From Candidatus Eremiobacteria bacterium (GTDB taxonomy: Bacteria > Vulcanimicrobiota > Vulcanimicrobiia > Vulcanimicrobiales > Vulcanimicrobiaceae): a DNA stretch of 64,000 bases. Each line of letters begins with the position of its first letter. Positions within the stretch are counted from its first letter, which is position 1. Below are positions 49,572 to 59,248 of this stretch, piece after piece. Below the pieces are notes generated by a model. That model was not told the origin of the DNA and searched no databases. It worked only from the letters and a program-made list of their open reading frames with translations. Position numbers and translations under genes: made by a program. The DNA lies in the NCBI GenBank assembly GCA_963758295.1, contig CAVWUU010000002.1, forward strand, positions 160,001-224,000, read 5' to 3'.

Positions 49572-50108
49572 CTACATCTTCGGGTCGGGCAAGGCTCGGC
49601 CGCTCGGCCAAGCGACGCATGGGACGATCTGCATCATGAGGCCCTCATACGCGGCCTGGGGGATGCTTACTTTAAAGAACTGTTGATACTTGGTTGCCAC
49701 GCCGTAACGCATCGTCGGAGGGAATTGCTCGGTCTTATCGCCCGGCACATGGGTAGAGGCCAGGATCTGGTTCATCTGGCGGGAGCCGGCGGCGGACATG
49801 TAGTCGGGACTCCGTTGGCCTAGCCAATTAGACCCATCTTGAAGAGTATACAAATAGCCGATTACTTCATTGGAGAGCAAAGACGAGGTGGAGACCACCT
49901 TGTCGATGCGAACGATCTGCATCGACCGTACTGCGGGAGGCTGCAGCACCAACGGCACGGCACGGGGCGAGTCCATACACGCTCCGTTGTTTAGCGTGTC
50001 GGCCGGTGCAGGCAGCGTCGTCTGGGGGACGGCTGATGCGGGTGGAACCTGCGCCACGAGATTCGTGACGCTCACAATCGCGGAAAGGACTGAAGCAAAT
50101 AGCAACAT
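49572..50108 (-). CDS. Secreted hypothetical protein
   Basis: Signal-like MLLFASVLSAIV, Pro-rich linker, 2 Cys. Confidence 0.6.
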   Translation of the reverse strand: MLLFASVLSAIVSVTNLVAQVPPASAVPQTTLPAPADTLNNGACMDSPRAVPLVLQPPAVRSMQIVRIDKVVSTSSLLSNEVIGYLYTLQDGSNWLGQRSPDYMSAAGSRQMNQILASTHVPGDKTEQFPPTMRYGVATKYQQFFKVSIPQAAYEGLMMQIVPCVAWPSGRALPDPKM

Positions 50109-50153
50109 GAGTCGCGCATTCGCACCTTCGCTTCCGTATTCCGTGCGCCGCCG

Positions 50154-51212
50154 ATGAAGTTGAACGTCGCTGTCCTCGACGATCAAGAAGCGTCGCTTGC
50201 CGGTTTCACCCAGATTCTACGCCGTGTTGCTGCCGTGGAACCCGTGTGCTTCAAAAAAGCATCCGACGGGCTCCATTGGCTCGCTGCCATGACGCCTGTC
50301 TTCATCGTGGTGAATCAAACGCTGGCCGACATCAATGGGCTCGATTTCATTCGTCGTATGCGGCTCGTCCCCGGACGTGAAGCGACGCCCGTGATCTTTA
50401 CGACGTCGTCGAAGTCCGATCGCGATCTGAGGCGCGCGGCATTCGATCTCGACATCTTCGCGTACCTCGAGAAGCCGATCAATCCGTCGGAATTTCTCGT
50501 GCATGCAATGCATATAGTGGATATCACGCGCGAGCGCGAGGAGCTAAAGAGGCGCCTCGAGCAGGCTGGAAATCTCCACACTACGACAAGCGCGCCGACG
50601 GGCGACGCCGACGCGGTTTCGCTCGAGATCGATGCGATGCAAGACGTCGCCGCGCTCCACGATCCGTCTCTAGTGACGCATTTGAATCTCGCAGCCCAGC
50701 TGGCCGTTGCCATCGCCCGTGAAGCAAAGTTGACCCCCGATGAAATCGGCACTCTTGGGCAAGCCGCGCGAATTTACGATATCGGGAAGGTCGCGATTCC
50801 GCAACGCATTCTGGAATCTCGGGTTCCGGTGGGCCAAGCCGACCGCGTCACGATTGAGGCGCACGCCCACGCCGGAGCGAAGGTTCTCGCAGTGCGCCAA
50901 TCACCTGTAATGCGCGCGGCGACATTGCTCGCTCAAACGCACCACGAGAAATACGACGGCACGGGGTACCCCCGCAAAATGCGCGGTTCCCAAATTCCGA
51001 TCGCCGGCCGCATCGTCGCCGTCGCCGATTCCTTTGCGGCATTGATTCAGATGCGGCCCCACCGGCCGGCGCACACGCTTTCTAAAGCTCTCGAAATCGT
51101 GGAGGCGCAATCCGGCGGAGCCTTCGATCCGGCGATCGTACAAGCGTTACGCGCTGCGCTGCCCGAAATCTCACGCTTCGTCCACGAGCAATTTGGACGC
51201 GCCGCTAGCTAG
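50154..51212 (+). CDS. Receiver plus HD-GYP domain protein (degenerate)
   Basis: YDIGK, HHEKYDGTGYP, VAD; receiver phospho-site reads N. Confidence 0.85.
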   Translation: MKLNVAVLDDQEASLAGFTQILRRVAAVEPVCFKKASDGLHWLAAMTPVFIVVNQTLADINGLDFIRRMRLVPGREATPVIFTTSSKSDRDLRRAAFDLDIFAYLEKPINPSEFLVHAMHIVDITREREELKRRLEQAGNLHTTTSAPTGDADAVSLEIDAMQDVAALHDPSLVTHLNLAAQLAVAIAREAKLTPDEIGTLGQAARIYDIGKVAIPQRILESRVPVGQADRVTIEAHAHAGAKVLAVRQSPVMRAATLLAQTHHEKYDGTGYPRKMRGSQIPIAGRIVAVADSFAALIQMRPHRPAHTLSKALEIVEAQSGGAFDPAIVQALRAALPEISRFVHEQFGRAAS

Positions 51213-51622
51213 GCGCTAGCGCGCATCGTCGCATACGCTAACCCGAGCACTACGGCGTCTTCCACGACGCCGATTGCTTGCTGTGGAACGTTGAGCCGCT
51301 TCGCGAGCGCGCTGCGCGCTTTTTGCGCGAGGAAAGCCGACGCGACGGCCGCTCCTGCAGCAACCGCCATTGCGGCGATGGTCGGCTGCTTATTGCCCGC
51401 ACGCGCAGCGTACGCCGCCGCGCTCATGCGTCCCAAGAGCGGACCTATCCGCGTGCGGTTTCCGATAAACGGCAGCTTATCCGCAACCATTTCACTTCCG
51501 AGTGCCATTGCGGCACCCGTGGGTAAAGTACCCGACGCGCTCCACGCAGCGGCGAACGGACCGGCACTCGTGCGCAGGCCGCTCGTTGCGCCGAGCAGCG
51601 CGGATTTCACGTACACGTTCAT
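51209..51622 (-). CDS. DUF4126-like membrane protein
   Basis: G..SGLR, E..ADKLP...R, VEDA patterns. Confidence 0.65.
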   Translation of the reverse strand: MNVYVKSALLGATSGLRTSAGPFAAAWSASGTLPTGAAMALGSEMVADKLPFIGNRTRIGPLLGRMSAAAYAARAGNKQPTIAAMAVAAGAAVASAFLAQKARSALAKRLNVPQQAIGVVEDAVVLGLAYATMRASA

Positions 51623-51637
51623 GAAGCGTAGGTTCCC

Positions 51638-52678
51638 ATGAAAGCTACCGTCTATCACGGCGTCCGCGACGTACGCCTGGAAAATGTTGCGGATCCGGTT
51701 ATCAAAGACTCCCGCGATGCCATCGTCCGCGTTGTGCGAGCGGCGATTTGCGGCTCGGATCTCTGGTTCTACCGGGGCGTCACGCAGTGGGAACCGGGCG
51801 AACGCACCGGACACGAATTCATTGGGATCGTCGAGGAGACGGGCAGCGACGTGCGCGGCGTGAAGCGCGGCGACTACGTCATTGCACCGTTCGTCTCCAG
51901 TGACGGGACGTGCGAATACTGCCGGCGCGGTCTGCAATCGTCCTGCGTGCATATGACGAATTTTGGCGACGACGCGAACGGCGGACAAGCCGAGGCCGTG
52001 CGCGTTCCTTACGCGGACGGAACGCTGGTGAAAATGGCTGAAGGCCTTGCCGACGATCCGCGTAAGCTCGCTTCGGCAGCAACGCTGAGCGACGTCATGA
52101 GCACGGGCCATCACGGTGTCGTCACGGCAGGCGGCCAACGCGGCGGGACGGTCGTTATCGTGGGCGACGGAGCGGTTGGTTTGTGCGGCGTTCTTTCCGC
52201 AGCGAAAGTTCTTGGAGCGGAACGCGTCATTGCCGTCGGCCACAACGATTCACGGTTGAAGCTCGCGCGTGAATTCGGCGCGACGCATACCTTTAATTCT
52301 CATGACCCCGGCGTCGGCGCGGAGATTCTGGAACTCACCCGAGGTGGTTCGCTTTCGGTAGTCGAGGCTGTCGGAAATCAAGCCAGTATGGATTTGTCGA
52401 TCGAAGTCGCGCGTCCGGGCGGCACCGTGAGCTTCGTGGGCGTTCCGCATAACGTCAAAGAGCTGCCGCTGCGCCCGCTTTTCCTAAAGAACGTGTCGCT
52501 GCATGGGGCTCTTGCACCCGCCCGCGCGTACATCGAACCGCTCATGGAAGCAGTAGTTACTGGGTCTATCGACCCATCGCGCGTGTTCGATCTCGAGCTT
52601 CCGCTCGAAGAAGTCGGCAGCGGCTATGCCGCAATGGACGAACGGCGCGCAATTAAAGTGCTGCTAAACGTGGAATAA
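51638..52678 (+). CDS. Zinc-dependent alcohol dehydrogenase (MDR family)
   Basis: ICGSDL, GHEF.G, D..C..C...C, GDGAVG. Confidence 0.92.
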   Translation: MKATVYHGVRDVRLENVADPVIKDSRDAIVRVVRAAICGSDLWFYRGVTQWEPGERTGHEFIGIVEETGSDVRGVKRGDYVIAPFVSSDGTCEYCRRGLQSSCVHMTNFGDDANGGQAEAVRVPYADGTLVKMAEGLADDPRKLASAATLSDVMSTGHHGVVTAGGQRGGTVVIVGDGAVGLCGVLSAAKVLGAERVIAVGHNDSRLKLAREFGATHTFNSHDPGVGAEILELTRGGSLSVVEAVGNQASMDLSIEVARPGGTVSFVGVPHNVKELPLRPLFLKNVSLHGALAPARAYIEPLMEAVVTGSIDPSRVFDLELPLEEVGSGYAAMDERRAIKVLLNVE

Positions 52679-52688
52679 CCATCATGTA

Positions 52689-53453
52689 ATGCAATTCGAG
52701 CACGCGTACACTACGTACGGCGATCCGGCAAACCCGCCGGTCGTGCTCGTGCATGGCATCCGCCTTGGCCGGCAGATGTGGGAGCCGCATGCGCGCGTGC
52801 TCGCTTCGCAATATCACGTCGTTACGGTCGATCTCCCGGGACACGGGGCCCTCTACGGCATGCCGTTCAGTGCGGAGACGACCGACGCGGTCTTGAACGA
52901 AGTGTGTACGCAAATCTGCGGGGAGCCGCCGCTGCTCGCCGGCTATTCGCTTGGCGGCTACTCCTCGATGGAGTTCGCCGAACGCCATCCGGCCGGCTCG
53001 CGCGCATTGATGCTCACCGGATGTACGCTGGATTTCGAAAGCTGGAAGTACTTGCCGTATGAGCTGAGCGCGCGATTCACGCAAATGCTTCCGGGCCCCA
53101 TCTTCGAGCGGTTCATGTGGCTTTCGCTGCATATGACGCTGCCGCGCGAATGGGCCGATCTCGTTGCGACGATCCCCTTCGATCGCGCCGTCCTCGATTC
53201 AACGACGAATATCGCGCGCATGAGTTCGCGCTTCAGCGCAAAGCTGGCGAAGTATCGGGAGCCGGTGCTCTTCGTAAACGGCGAGCGCGATTTTATCTTC
53301 CGCTCCGATGAGCGACGCTTTCTTCATCGCGTGCCGCAAGCGCGTTTGAAGATCATTCCTAACGTCGACCACGCCGCGCCCCTTCGCAAAGCTGCAGATT
53401 TTATCGGGATCGTCCGCGAATTCGCAGGACGTGTCTTCCGACTCGCCGCCTGA
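52689..53453 (+). CDS. Alpha/beta hydrolase
   Basis: VHG, DLPGHG, GYSLGG, GERD, H. Confidence 0.88.
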   Translation: MQFEHAYTTYGDPANPPVVLVHGIRLGRQMWEPHARVLASQYHVVTVDLPGHGALYGMPFSAETTDAVLNEVCTQICGEPPLLAGYSLGGYSSMEFAERHPAGSRALMLTGCTLDFESWKYLPYELSARFTQMLPGPIFERFMWLSLHMTLPREWADLVATIPFDRAVLDSTTNIARMSSRFSAKLAKYREPVLFVNGERDFIFRSDERRFLHRVPQARLKIIPNVDHAAPLRKAADFIGIVREFAGRVFRLAA

Positions 53454-54774
53454 TCGGCCCGCGCTGCTTCGGCGCCTCACGCTTGCCGACCTTACGTTAA
53501 TCAGTATCGGCGCGATCATCGGTTCGGGAATCTTTCGAAACCCCTCCGTTGTCGCGCAGCGCGCTCATGTCACGCCGGTCATTCTGGGAAGCTGGATTGC
53601 CGGCGGCCTCATTGCGCTGCTCGGCGCGTTTATCTTCGCCGAGCTCGGTGAGAGGCGTCCCGAAACCGGCGGTCTCTACGTCTTTCTTCGCGACGCATTT
53701 CATCCGGCGGTCGCGTTTACGTTTGGATGGACGACGCTGCTCATCGCCGATACCAGCGGATCGGCGGCCGCCGCGGTAACGTTTGCCGGATATATCGCTC
53801 CAACGCTGAGTGACAAGCCCATCGCCGTGGGGGCGATTATGGCCGTTACGCTGATTAACTGCCTTGGTGTGCGACAAGGCGGAACGTGGCAAAACGTCCT
53901 CGTCGTGCTGAAAGTTTTGGCGATTGCCGGCGTTATCGCTGCCGGGCTCCTGGCGCCGTCGCTCGGCGTGGCGTCGCACAACGCCGCGGCCTTCGCCTCA
54001 CCGGCCGCGCTCATCACCGCGTTCGGCGTAGCGATGATTCCGGTGCTATTCGCCTACAACGGCTTTCAGAGCGTAAGCTATATCGCGGGCGAGACGCACG
54101 ACGCGGCGCGAACGCTGCCGCGAGGCTTGCTGCTAGGGGTCAGCACCGTTATCGCCGTTTACGTTCTGGTGAATATCGGCTGCCTGCGTATTCTGGGACC
54201 CGCCGGACTTGCCGCGACGACGATGCCCGCCTCAGACGTGATGCAGCACGCGATGGGAAGCATCGGCGCAAAGCTCATTACCGTCGCCGTGGCCCTTTCG
54301 ACGCTCGGCTTTATGAGCACCAAGATGTTGCTCACGCCGCGCGTCTACTTTCGAATGGCAGCCGACGGGACGTTTTTCAAACAGGTGGCGTGGGTCCATC
54401 CGAAAAGCCGCGTGCCGGTGGTCGCTATCGTGCTGCAGGGCCTCTTCGCCGCCCTCATTGCGATGTTTGCGAAGTCTTTCGACCAGATTCTCAACTGGTC
54501 TATCATCGAATATCTCTTCGTGCTGCTCGCGGCGGTCGCGCTCTTCGTCTTTCGTTCGCAAGACCGCGCGAAACCGCGGCCGTCCTTTCGCGTTCCGGGC
54601 CACCCTTGGTCAACGCTGCTGTTCATTCTGGCGATCGCCTACGTCTTTGTTTCCGAAGCGCTGGCGTTTCCACGTGACATTCTCGTCGGCGCAGGAATCG
54701 CGCTGACGGGTGCGCTGGTTTATTTCGCGCGCGCCGCGTTCACGCAGGCAAGGCCTTCGGCCTCTAGGAACTAA
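53431..54774 (+). CDS. APC family amino acid permease (copy 1)
   Basis: IIGSGIF, AELG...P..GG, FAYNGF, GE. Confidence 0.9.
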   Translation: MSSDSPPDRPALLRRLTLADLTLISIGAIIGSGIFRNPSVVAQRAHVTPVILGSWIAGGLIALLGAFIFAELGERRPETGGLYVFLRDAFHPAVAFTFGWTTLLIADTSGSAAAAVTFAGYIAPTLSDKPIAVGAIMAVTLINCLGVRQGGTWQNVLVVLKVLAIAGVIAAGLLAPSLGVASHNAAAFASPAALITAFGVAMIPVLFAYNGFQSVSYIAGETHDAARTLPRGLLLGVSTVIAVYVLVNIGCLRILGPAGLAATTMPASDVMQHAMGSIGAKLITVAVALSTLGFMSTKMLLTPRVYFRMAADGTFFKQVAWVHPKSRVPVVAIVLQGLFAALIAMFAKSFDQILNWSIIEYLFVLLAAVALFVFRSQDRAKPRPSFRVPGHPWSTLLFILAIAYVFVSEALAFPRDILVGAGIALTGALVYFARAAFTQARPSASRN

Positions 54775-54780
54775 CGAGCG

Positions 54781-56136
54781 ATGACGAACGACGCACCTGA
54801 ACAAGGGCGCCTCCTTCGGCGATTAGGCGTACGCGATGCGGCGTTAATCGTGATGGGCGGCATCATCGGCTCGGGCATCTTTATGAACCCGTCTGTCGTT
54901 GCAAAACAATTGCATACGGCGCCGCTGATCCTGCTCGCGTGGTGTATAGGCGGAGTCATTGCACTGCTCGGCGCGGCTCTCTTTGCTGAACTCGCTGGCC
55001 GGCGGCCAGAAAACGGCGGCCTTTACGCCTACATGCGCGATGCTTATCATCCGGTAATTGCGTTTATGTACGGATGGACGCTACTGCTCGTTTCGCAGAG
55101 CGGCGGCGCCGCCGCCTCGGCCGTTACCTTCGCTGCATATTTTGGCGCACTCACGCATCTCACGGTCGATCCACGCTTCCTCGCGGCGCTGATCATCGCC
55201 ATTTTTACGCTCATCAACTGCTTCGGCGTACGAAGCGGTGCGAATACGCAAAACGCTTTCATGATCGTGAAGATTGCTGCGATTTTAGGAGTGATCCTCG
55301 TCGGCCTTACCGTCACGCATCCGGCAATGGCCGCCCACGCGGCGGCACCTCCGAACGTGATGGGCGCGCTTGGACTCGCGCTCGTGCCGGTCATTTTCGC
55401 TTACAGCGGCTGGCAAACGTCCAGCTTCATGAGCGGCGAGCTGCGTAATCCGGCAAAGACGCTCGCGCGCGGGATGCTCTTTGGGGTCGCGGGCGTGCTC
55501 GTACTTTATTTATTGGTAAACGCCGTGCTCGTGCGCGCGCTCGGTGAAACCGCACTCGCCGCAACGAATACGCCGGCCTCCGCCGTCGTGCAAGCCGCCT
55601 TCGGCCCGGTGGGTGGACAGATCATGGCCGCCGTTGTTGCGATCTCGACGCTTGGCTTCATCAGCAATCAAATCCTCACTTCGCCGCGCGTCTACTACCA
55701 GATGGCCGCCGATGGAACGTTCTTCAAAGCGCTCGCAAAAGTCAATGCGCGCACGCACGTCCCCGTCTTGGCTATTGCGTTGCAAGGCGCGGTTGCGATG
55801 GTGATAGCGTTTTCCGGCCGGTACGATGCCATTCAAAACTACGTTACGAGTGTCGACTGGGTGTTCTTCGGTCTCTCGGCGCTTGCGCTGATAATCTTCC
55901 GTACGCGCGATCGCGAAAGTGGCGTGCCGGCTCCCGCCTTCAGAATGCCCGGACACCCGTGGAGCACCGTGCTGTTCTTGATCGTCGCTTGGTCGATGGT
56001 CGTCGACGTTTTTATGCGTTCACCGATCGATGCACTGGTCGGGCTCGGCATTCTCCTCTCGGGCGTGCCCGTCTACTACTTGTTTACGTTTCGTTCGCGC
56101 CGCTTGGAACGGGAACGCGCGCAAAGCACTCCCTAA
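54781..56136 (+). CDS. APC family amino acid permease (copy 2)
   Basis: IIGSGIF, FAYSGW, GELRNP, PRVYYQMAADG. Confidence 0.9.
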   Translation: MTNDAPEQGRLLRRLGVRDAALIVMGGIIGSGIFMNPSVVAKQLHTAPLILLAWCIGGVIALLGAALFAELAGRRPENGGLYAYMRDAYHPVIAFMYGWTLLLVSQSGGAAASAVTFAAYFGALTHLTVDPRFLAALIIAIFTLINCFGVRSGANTQNAFMIVKIAAILGVILVGLTVTHPAMAAHAAAPPNVMGALGLALVPVIFAYSGWQTSSFMSGELRNPAKTLARGMLFGVAGVLVLYLLVNAVLVRALGETALAATNTPASAVVQAAFGPVGGQIMAAVVAISTLGFISNQILTSPRVYYQMAADGTFFKALAKVNARTHVPVLAIALQGAVAMVIAFSGRYDAIQNYVTSVDWVFFGLSALALIIFRTRDRESGVPAPAFRMPGHPWSTVLFLIVAWSMVVDVFMRSPIDALVGLGILLSGVPVYYLFTFRSRRLERERAQSTP

Positions 56137-56153
56137 AGAAGGGGAAGGGGCGG

Positions 56154-56705
56154 CTAAGTTTGCCGCCCCTGGATTCCCTGCATCGCGTTCTTCGCGACTT
56201 CTTGCCCATGTTGCATTGCCGACTGTTGCGCGGCGTCGGTCGCCGCGTCAAGAGTTTCTTTCATTACGGCCCTGCCTTGCTGTAGCAGTTGCCCGCCTGT
56301 AGCTTGCGCGGTTTGCTTTAGCTGATCGCTCATTTCGCCAAGCCGCTCGTTTTCGATATCGGTCGAAGGCAACAACGACCCGATCAGAAAGCCGATGGCG
56401 GCCGCCCCGAAGAATACGCCGATCGGATTCTCGCGTACGGCGCCTAGGGCGTTCATCGTCATTGCTTGCATGTCGCCGCCATCCGGCATTGAATCGCCGA
56501 CGCGGTCGCGCATATCGCTCACCCGGTCGCGCACGCTGCCGATCGTTCCGGTGATGGACGACTTCACGGCATCGACCCTATCGTTCATCGCATCCTGCAT
56601 GCGATTCGGCACGTCGGCTTTGTAAGCAATTGCGTCTACGGTGTCGCTCATGCGGCCGCGCGTCTCTTCTATCTCCTCACGGATTTCGTCTGGGTCTTTG
56701 CCCAT
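56154..56705 (-). CDS. DUF3618 domain protein
   Basis: PDEIREEIEETRGRMSDTVDAI; ENP followed by TM. Confidence 0.78.
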   Translation of the reverse strand: MGKDPDEIREEIEETRGRMSDTVDAIAYKADVPNRMQDAMNDRVDAVKSSITGTIGSVRDRVSDMRDRVGDSMPDGGDMQAMTMNALGAVRENPIGVFFGAAAIGFLIGSLLPSTDIENERLGEMSDQLKQTAQATGGQLLQQGRAVMKETLDAATDAAQQSAMQHGQEVAKNAMQGIQGRQT

Positions 56706-57106
56706 TCCACATCCTCCTTCACGGTTTCAATCGTTTGTGTTGGTACCGGCGGCGTAACGTCCTCAATCTTGCGCTTTCCGCTGACCGCGAGGATCGCAGC
56801 CGCCACACCGTAGGCGACGGTCACGATGAGTGCCGCAACCCACGCCGGCATGACAAGCGCCAGGACCAAGATCACCGTTGCCGTTAAAGTTGCGAGCGCC
56901 ATGAGTCCGGCAACGGCGGCGCCGCTCAGCATGCCCGCGCCTTCGCCTACGCGCTTGCCGGCACGGACCGTCTTCTCGGTCATCTCCGTGCGGAAGAGTT
57001 CGAACTCTTGGCGCATGAGCAGCGAGATATCGCCGCTCAGCCGCTTGAACAGCTCGCCTATTGACGCATCGCGGAGATCGTTTCCGTCACCGAACGAATT
57101 CGCCAC
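56669..57106 (-). CDS. Holin-X/DUF1469-like membrane protein (chromosomal)
   Basis: SIGEL...S.L.RQE.EL...E, 2 TM, P.QTIETVKED. Confidence 0.8.
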   Translation of the reverse strand: MANSFGDGNDLRDASIGELFKRLSGDISLLMRQEFELFRTEMTEKTVRAGKRVGEGAGMLSGAAVAGLMALATLTATVILVLALVMPAWVAALIVTVAYGVAAAILAVSGKRKIEDVTPPVPTQTIETVKEDVEWAKTQTKSVRR

Positions 57107-57566
57107 TGTTCTCCTCGCTTAGCGCACTTCCAAGACCCGACGTATCGTCGTAGTCGACGGAAGAGTCGTACATACGGCCGTACGACGACGTGGTTCCGGT
57201 CGTGGTGCTTGCCGAGCGGTAGCGTTCCGTAGCGCTCGCTTTGAGCAAGCGCGCCGCTAACAATCCGCCCATGAAGCCGACCGCTGCGGTTACCATCGGC
57301 TGCTTGCGTGCCGCGGACTCGAGGTCGCTCACTATGCGATCGCCGTCGTTTTGCGTTAGATAATTCGATAGTCCGTCTAACCGGTCGGCTGCGAGCCGGA
57401 CAAGATTTGCCGTGGCCGTCTGGCCTTGATCGCGCAAATTGTCGCTCATTGACCGGAGATTCGTCACGTGCTCGCCGACCGTGTTGCCGACGTCCGTCGT
57501 GCGGCGATCGATTTGGTCCATGATTACGCCGCGTGCCTGGTTCTTGATTTGATCAACGTTCGTCAC
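57087..57566 (-). CDS. Hypothetical helical stress-type protein
   Basis: AR.QP...G...ARLLKA motif; GGAGG RBS; first gene of the trio. Confidence 0.7.
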   Translation of the reverse strand: MTNVDQIKNQARGVIMDQIDRRTTDVGNTVGEHVTNLRSMSDNLRDQGQTATANLVRLAADRLDGLSNYLTQNDGDRIVSDLESAARKQPMVTAAVGFMGGLLAARLLKASATERYRSASTTTGTTSSYGRMYDSSVDYDDTSGLGSALSEENSGEFVR

Positions 57567-57675
57567 GAAATATGCTCTCCTCCGGGAGCGAGCTTACCCA
57601 TCTTTTACATTGCCGTTGCGATCAATTTTCAAGATGCTAAGGAAACGAAGCATGCGGTCGTGCGATGCTTCATGC

Positions 57676-58659
57676 ATGAAGCGCGTGTTGATCGTCGACG
57701 ATTACGAGCCGAATTTGCGTTTGTACGCAGCCGTCGTAAAGCGTGTCACCGGGGAAGAGCCGCTTGCTTACGAGGAACCTAGGCAAGCACTAGAGCGGCT
57801 ACGTACGACGACCGTCGATCTCATCATCCTCGACTACCAAATGCCGGAACTGAACGGGATCGATCTCGTTCGCGCCGTTCGAGAGCTACCCGAACACGTG
57901 GACACGCCGGTCATTTTTGTCACGTCGGACAGCGACCCAAGTTTGCCCGCTCGAGCGCTGTCGTCGGGCGCTACGGTATTTCTGGAAAAGCCGGTTGCGC
58001 TTCGAGATTTTATGGCGCACATCCGGCGCTTCGTACCGGCGCCGGTGAAGGACGAAATCCCGCTCGATGGAACTTCGGGCGATCGCGACGCCATCGTGCG
58101 GCTTCATCGGGCACTGCAAGCTCGCGATGCAAACCTTGCAGAGCGAATTCGCCGTGCGCGTGATCTAGCGGTAGCGCTGGCTCACGACCTGGATGTTTCA
58201 AGTGAGGAAATCGAACGGCTGACGATCGCCGCGCTCGTCTACGACATCGGCATGATCGCCGTGCCCGACAAGGCGCTGGAAGCGCCGTGGGAGCTGAACG
58301 CACGTTGGACCAACATCGTACGCGAACACGCCGGCGCCGGGTCCGTGATCCTTTCGGGCGGTAATTCGCCGCTGATGGAAATGGCCGAAATGCTGGCGCG
58401 TCTGCATCACGAGCGTTTTGACGGCGAGGGGTATCCCGAGCGCCGCAAGGGTGAACAGATTCCGCTTCTCGCGCGAATTATCGCCGTCGCCGATGCCTTT
58501 ACGGCAATGACGTCGGAGCGGCCGTACCGCGTAGAAATGGCTACCGCCGACGCAATTGCCGCAATAAAAGCCGAAAGCAGCGGCGCGTTCGACCCATTGA
58601 TTGTTGGCGCGCTTGCATCGATGCGCGATCCCCTCGTCCCGGCGCTACGCACCGCATAA
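57676..58659 (+). CDS. Receiver plus HD-GYP domain protein (degenerate HD)
   Basis: VDD, LDYQMP, EKP; YDIG, HHERFDGEGYP, VADAF, RPYR. Confidence 0.87.
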   Translation: MKRVLIVDDYEPNLRLYAAVVKRVTGEEPLAYEEPRQALERLRTTTVDLIILDYQMPELNGIDLVRAVRELPEHVDTPVIFVTSDSDPSLPARALSSGATVFLEKPVALRDFMAHIRRFVPAPVKDEIPLDGTSGDRDAIVRLHRALQARDANLAERIRRARDLAVALAHDLDVSSEEIERLTIAALVYDIGMIAVPDKALEAPWELNARWTNIVREHAGAGSVILSGGNSPLMEMAEMLARLHHERFDGEGYPERRKGEQIPLLARIIAVADAFTAMTSERPYRVEMATADAIAAIKAESSGAFDPLIVGALASMRDPLVPALRTA

Positions 58660-58695
58660 AGAAAAACGCCTCCGCATAGCGGAAGCGTTTCTTCT
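58659..58695. terminator. Bidirectional terminator
   Basis: AAACGCCTCCGC/GCGGAAGCGTTT between convergent genes. Confidence 0.65.
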
Positions 58696-58713
58696 AACGA
58701 GCGCGACTAGCGC

Positions 58714-59151
58714 TTAGATGTCGCCGCAGGAAACGTATTTCTTGAGATTTGCGGCACTCTCGTGCACGTTGACCGCGTAATGGGCTTTCTTGAGTTGCGC
58801 GATCGTGACGCCTTGCAGCGTGGTGGTCGACTTTCCGTGCACGACGTTGCTCAACGGCTTCCACGGTGCGGGATTGAGCTTCGCGCACGTGCCTTCGTGG
58901 ATGTGCGCCGGTTCGCTCGCGCTTGCCGGTTCATTCATCACCGATACGACGACTTGCACGCCGCCCGAAACGGCCTTGATGGAAGCCGTGCCGTTCTGCT
59001 TGGAACCGTTTTGTTCGCCCATGTTGATATTGAGCGTGCTTTTCGCCATGGCGTTATGCATGTTGTGCATGGAGTTCGGCGTTGCGAGTGCCGGCAACGC
59101 AATGACGGCGGCCGAAAGAGCAAGCACGGCCGGTTTTAGGAAGTACTTCAT
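58714..59151 (-). CDS. Secreted CHRD-like protein
   Basis: Signal peptide, PAHIHEGTC, AVNVH, CGDI. Confidence 0.72.
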   Translation of the reverse strand: MKYFLKPAVLALSAAVIALPALATPNSMHNMHNAMAKSTLNINMGEQNGSKQNGTASIKAVSGGVQVVVSVMNEPASASEPAHIHEGTCAKLNPAPWKPLSNVVHGKSTTTLQGVTIAQLKKAHYAVNVHESAANLKKYVSCGDI

Positions 59152-59248
59152 GAAGACTGCCTCCTTTGGCAAATGGTACGTAAGCCAAACGATTGGGACT
59201 TCTCAGGAAGTTCCCAGGCGCGCCGTCCGGCAAACGTGCGTTCTCCGC

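Noticed and set aside
56154..57566. Holin-like gene as prophage evidence
   Set aside because: The holin-X/DUF3618 trio is a common chromosomal module; no endolysin, integrase or structural genes nearby
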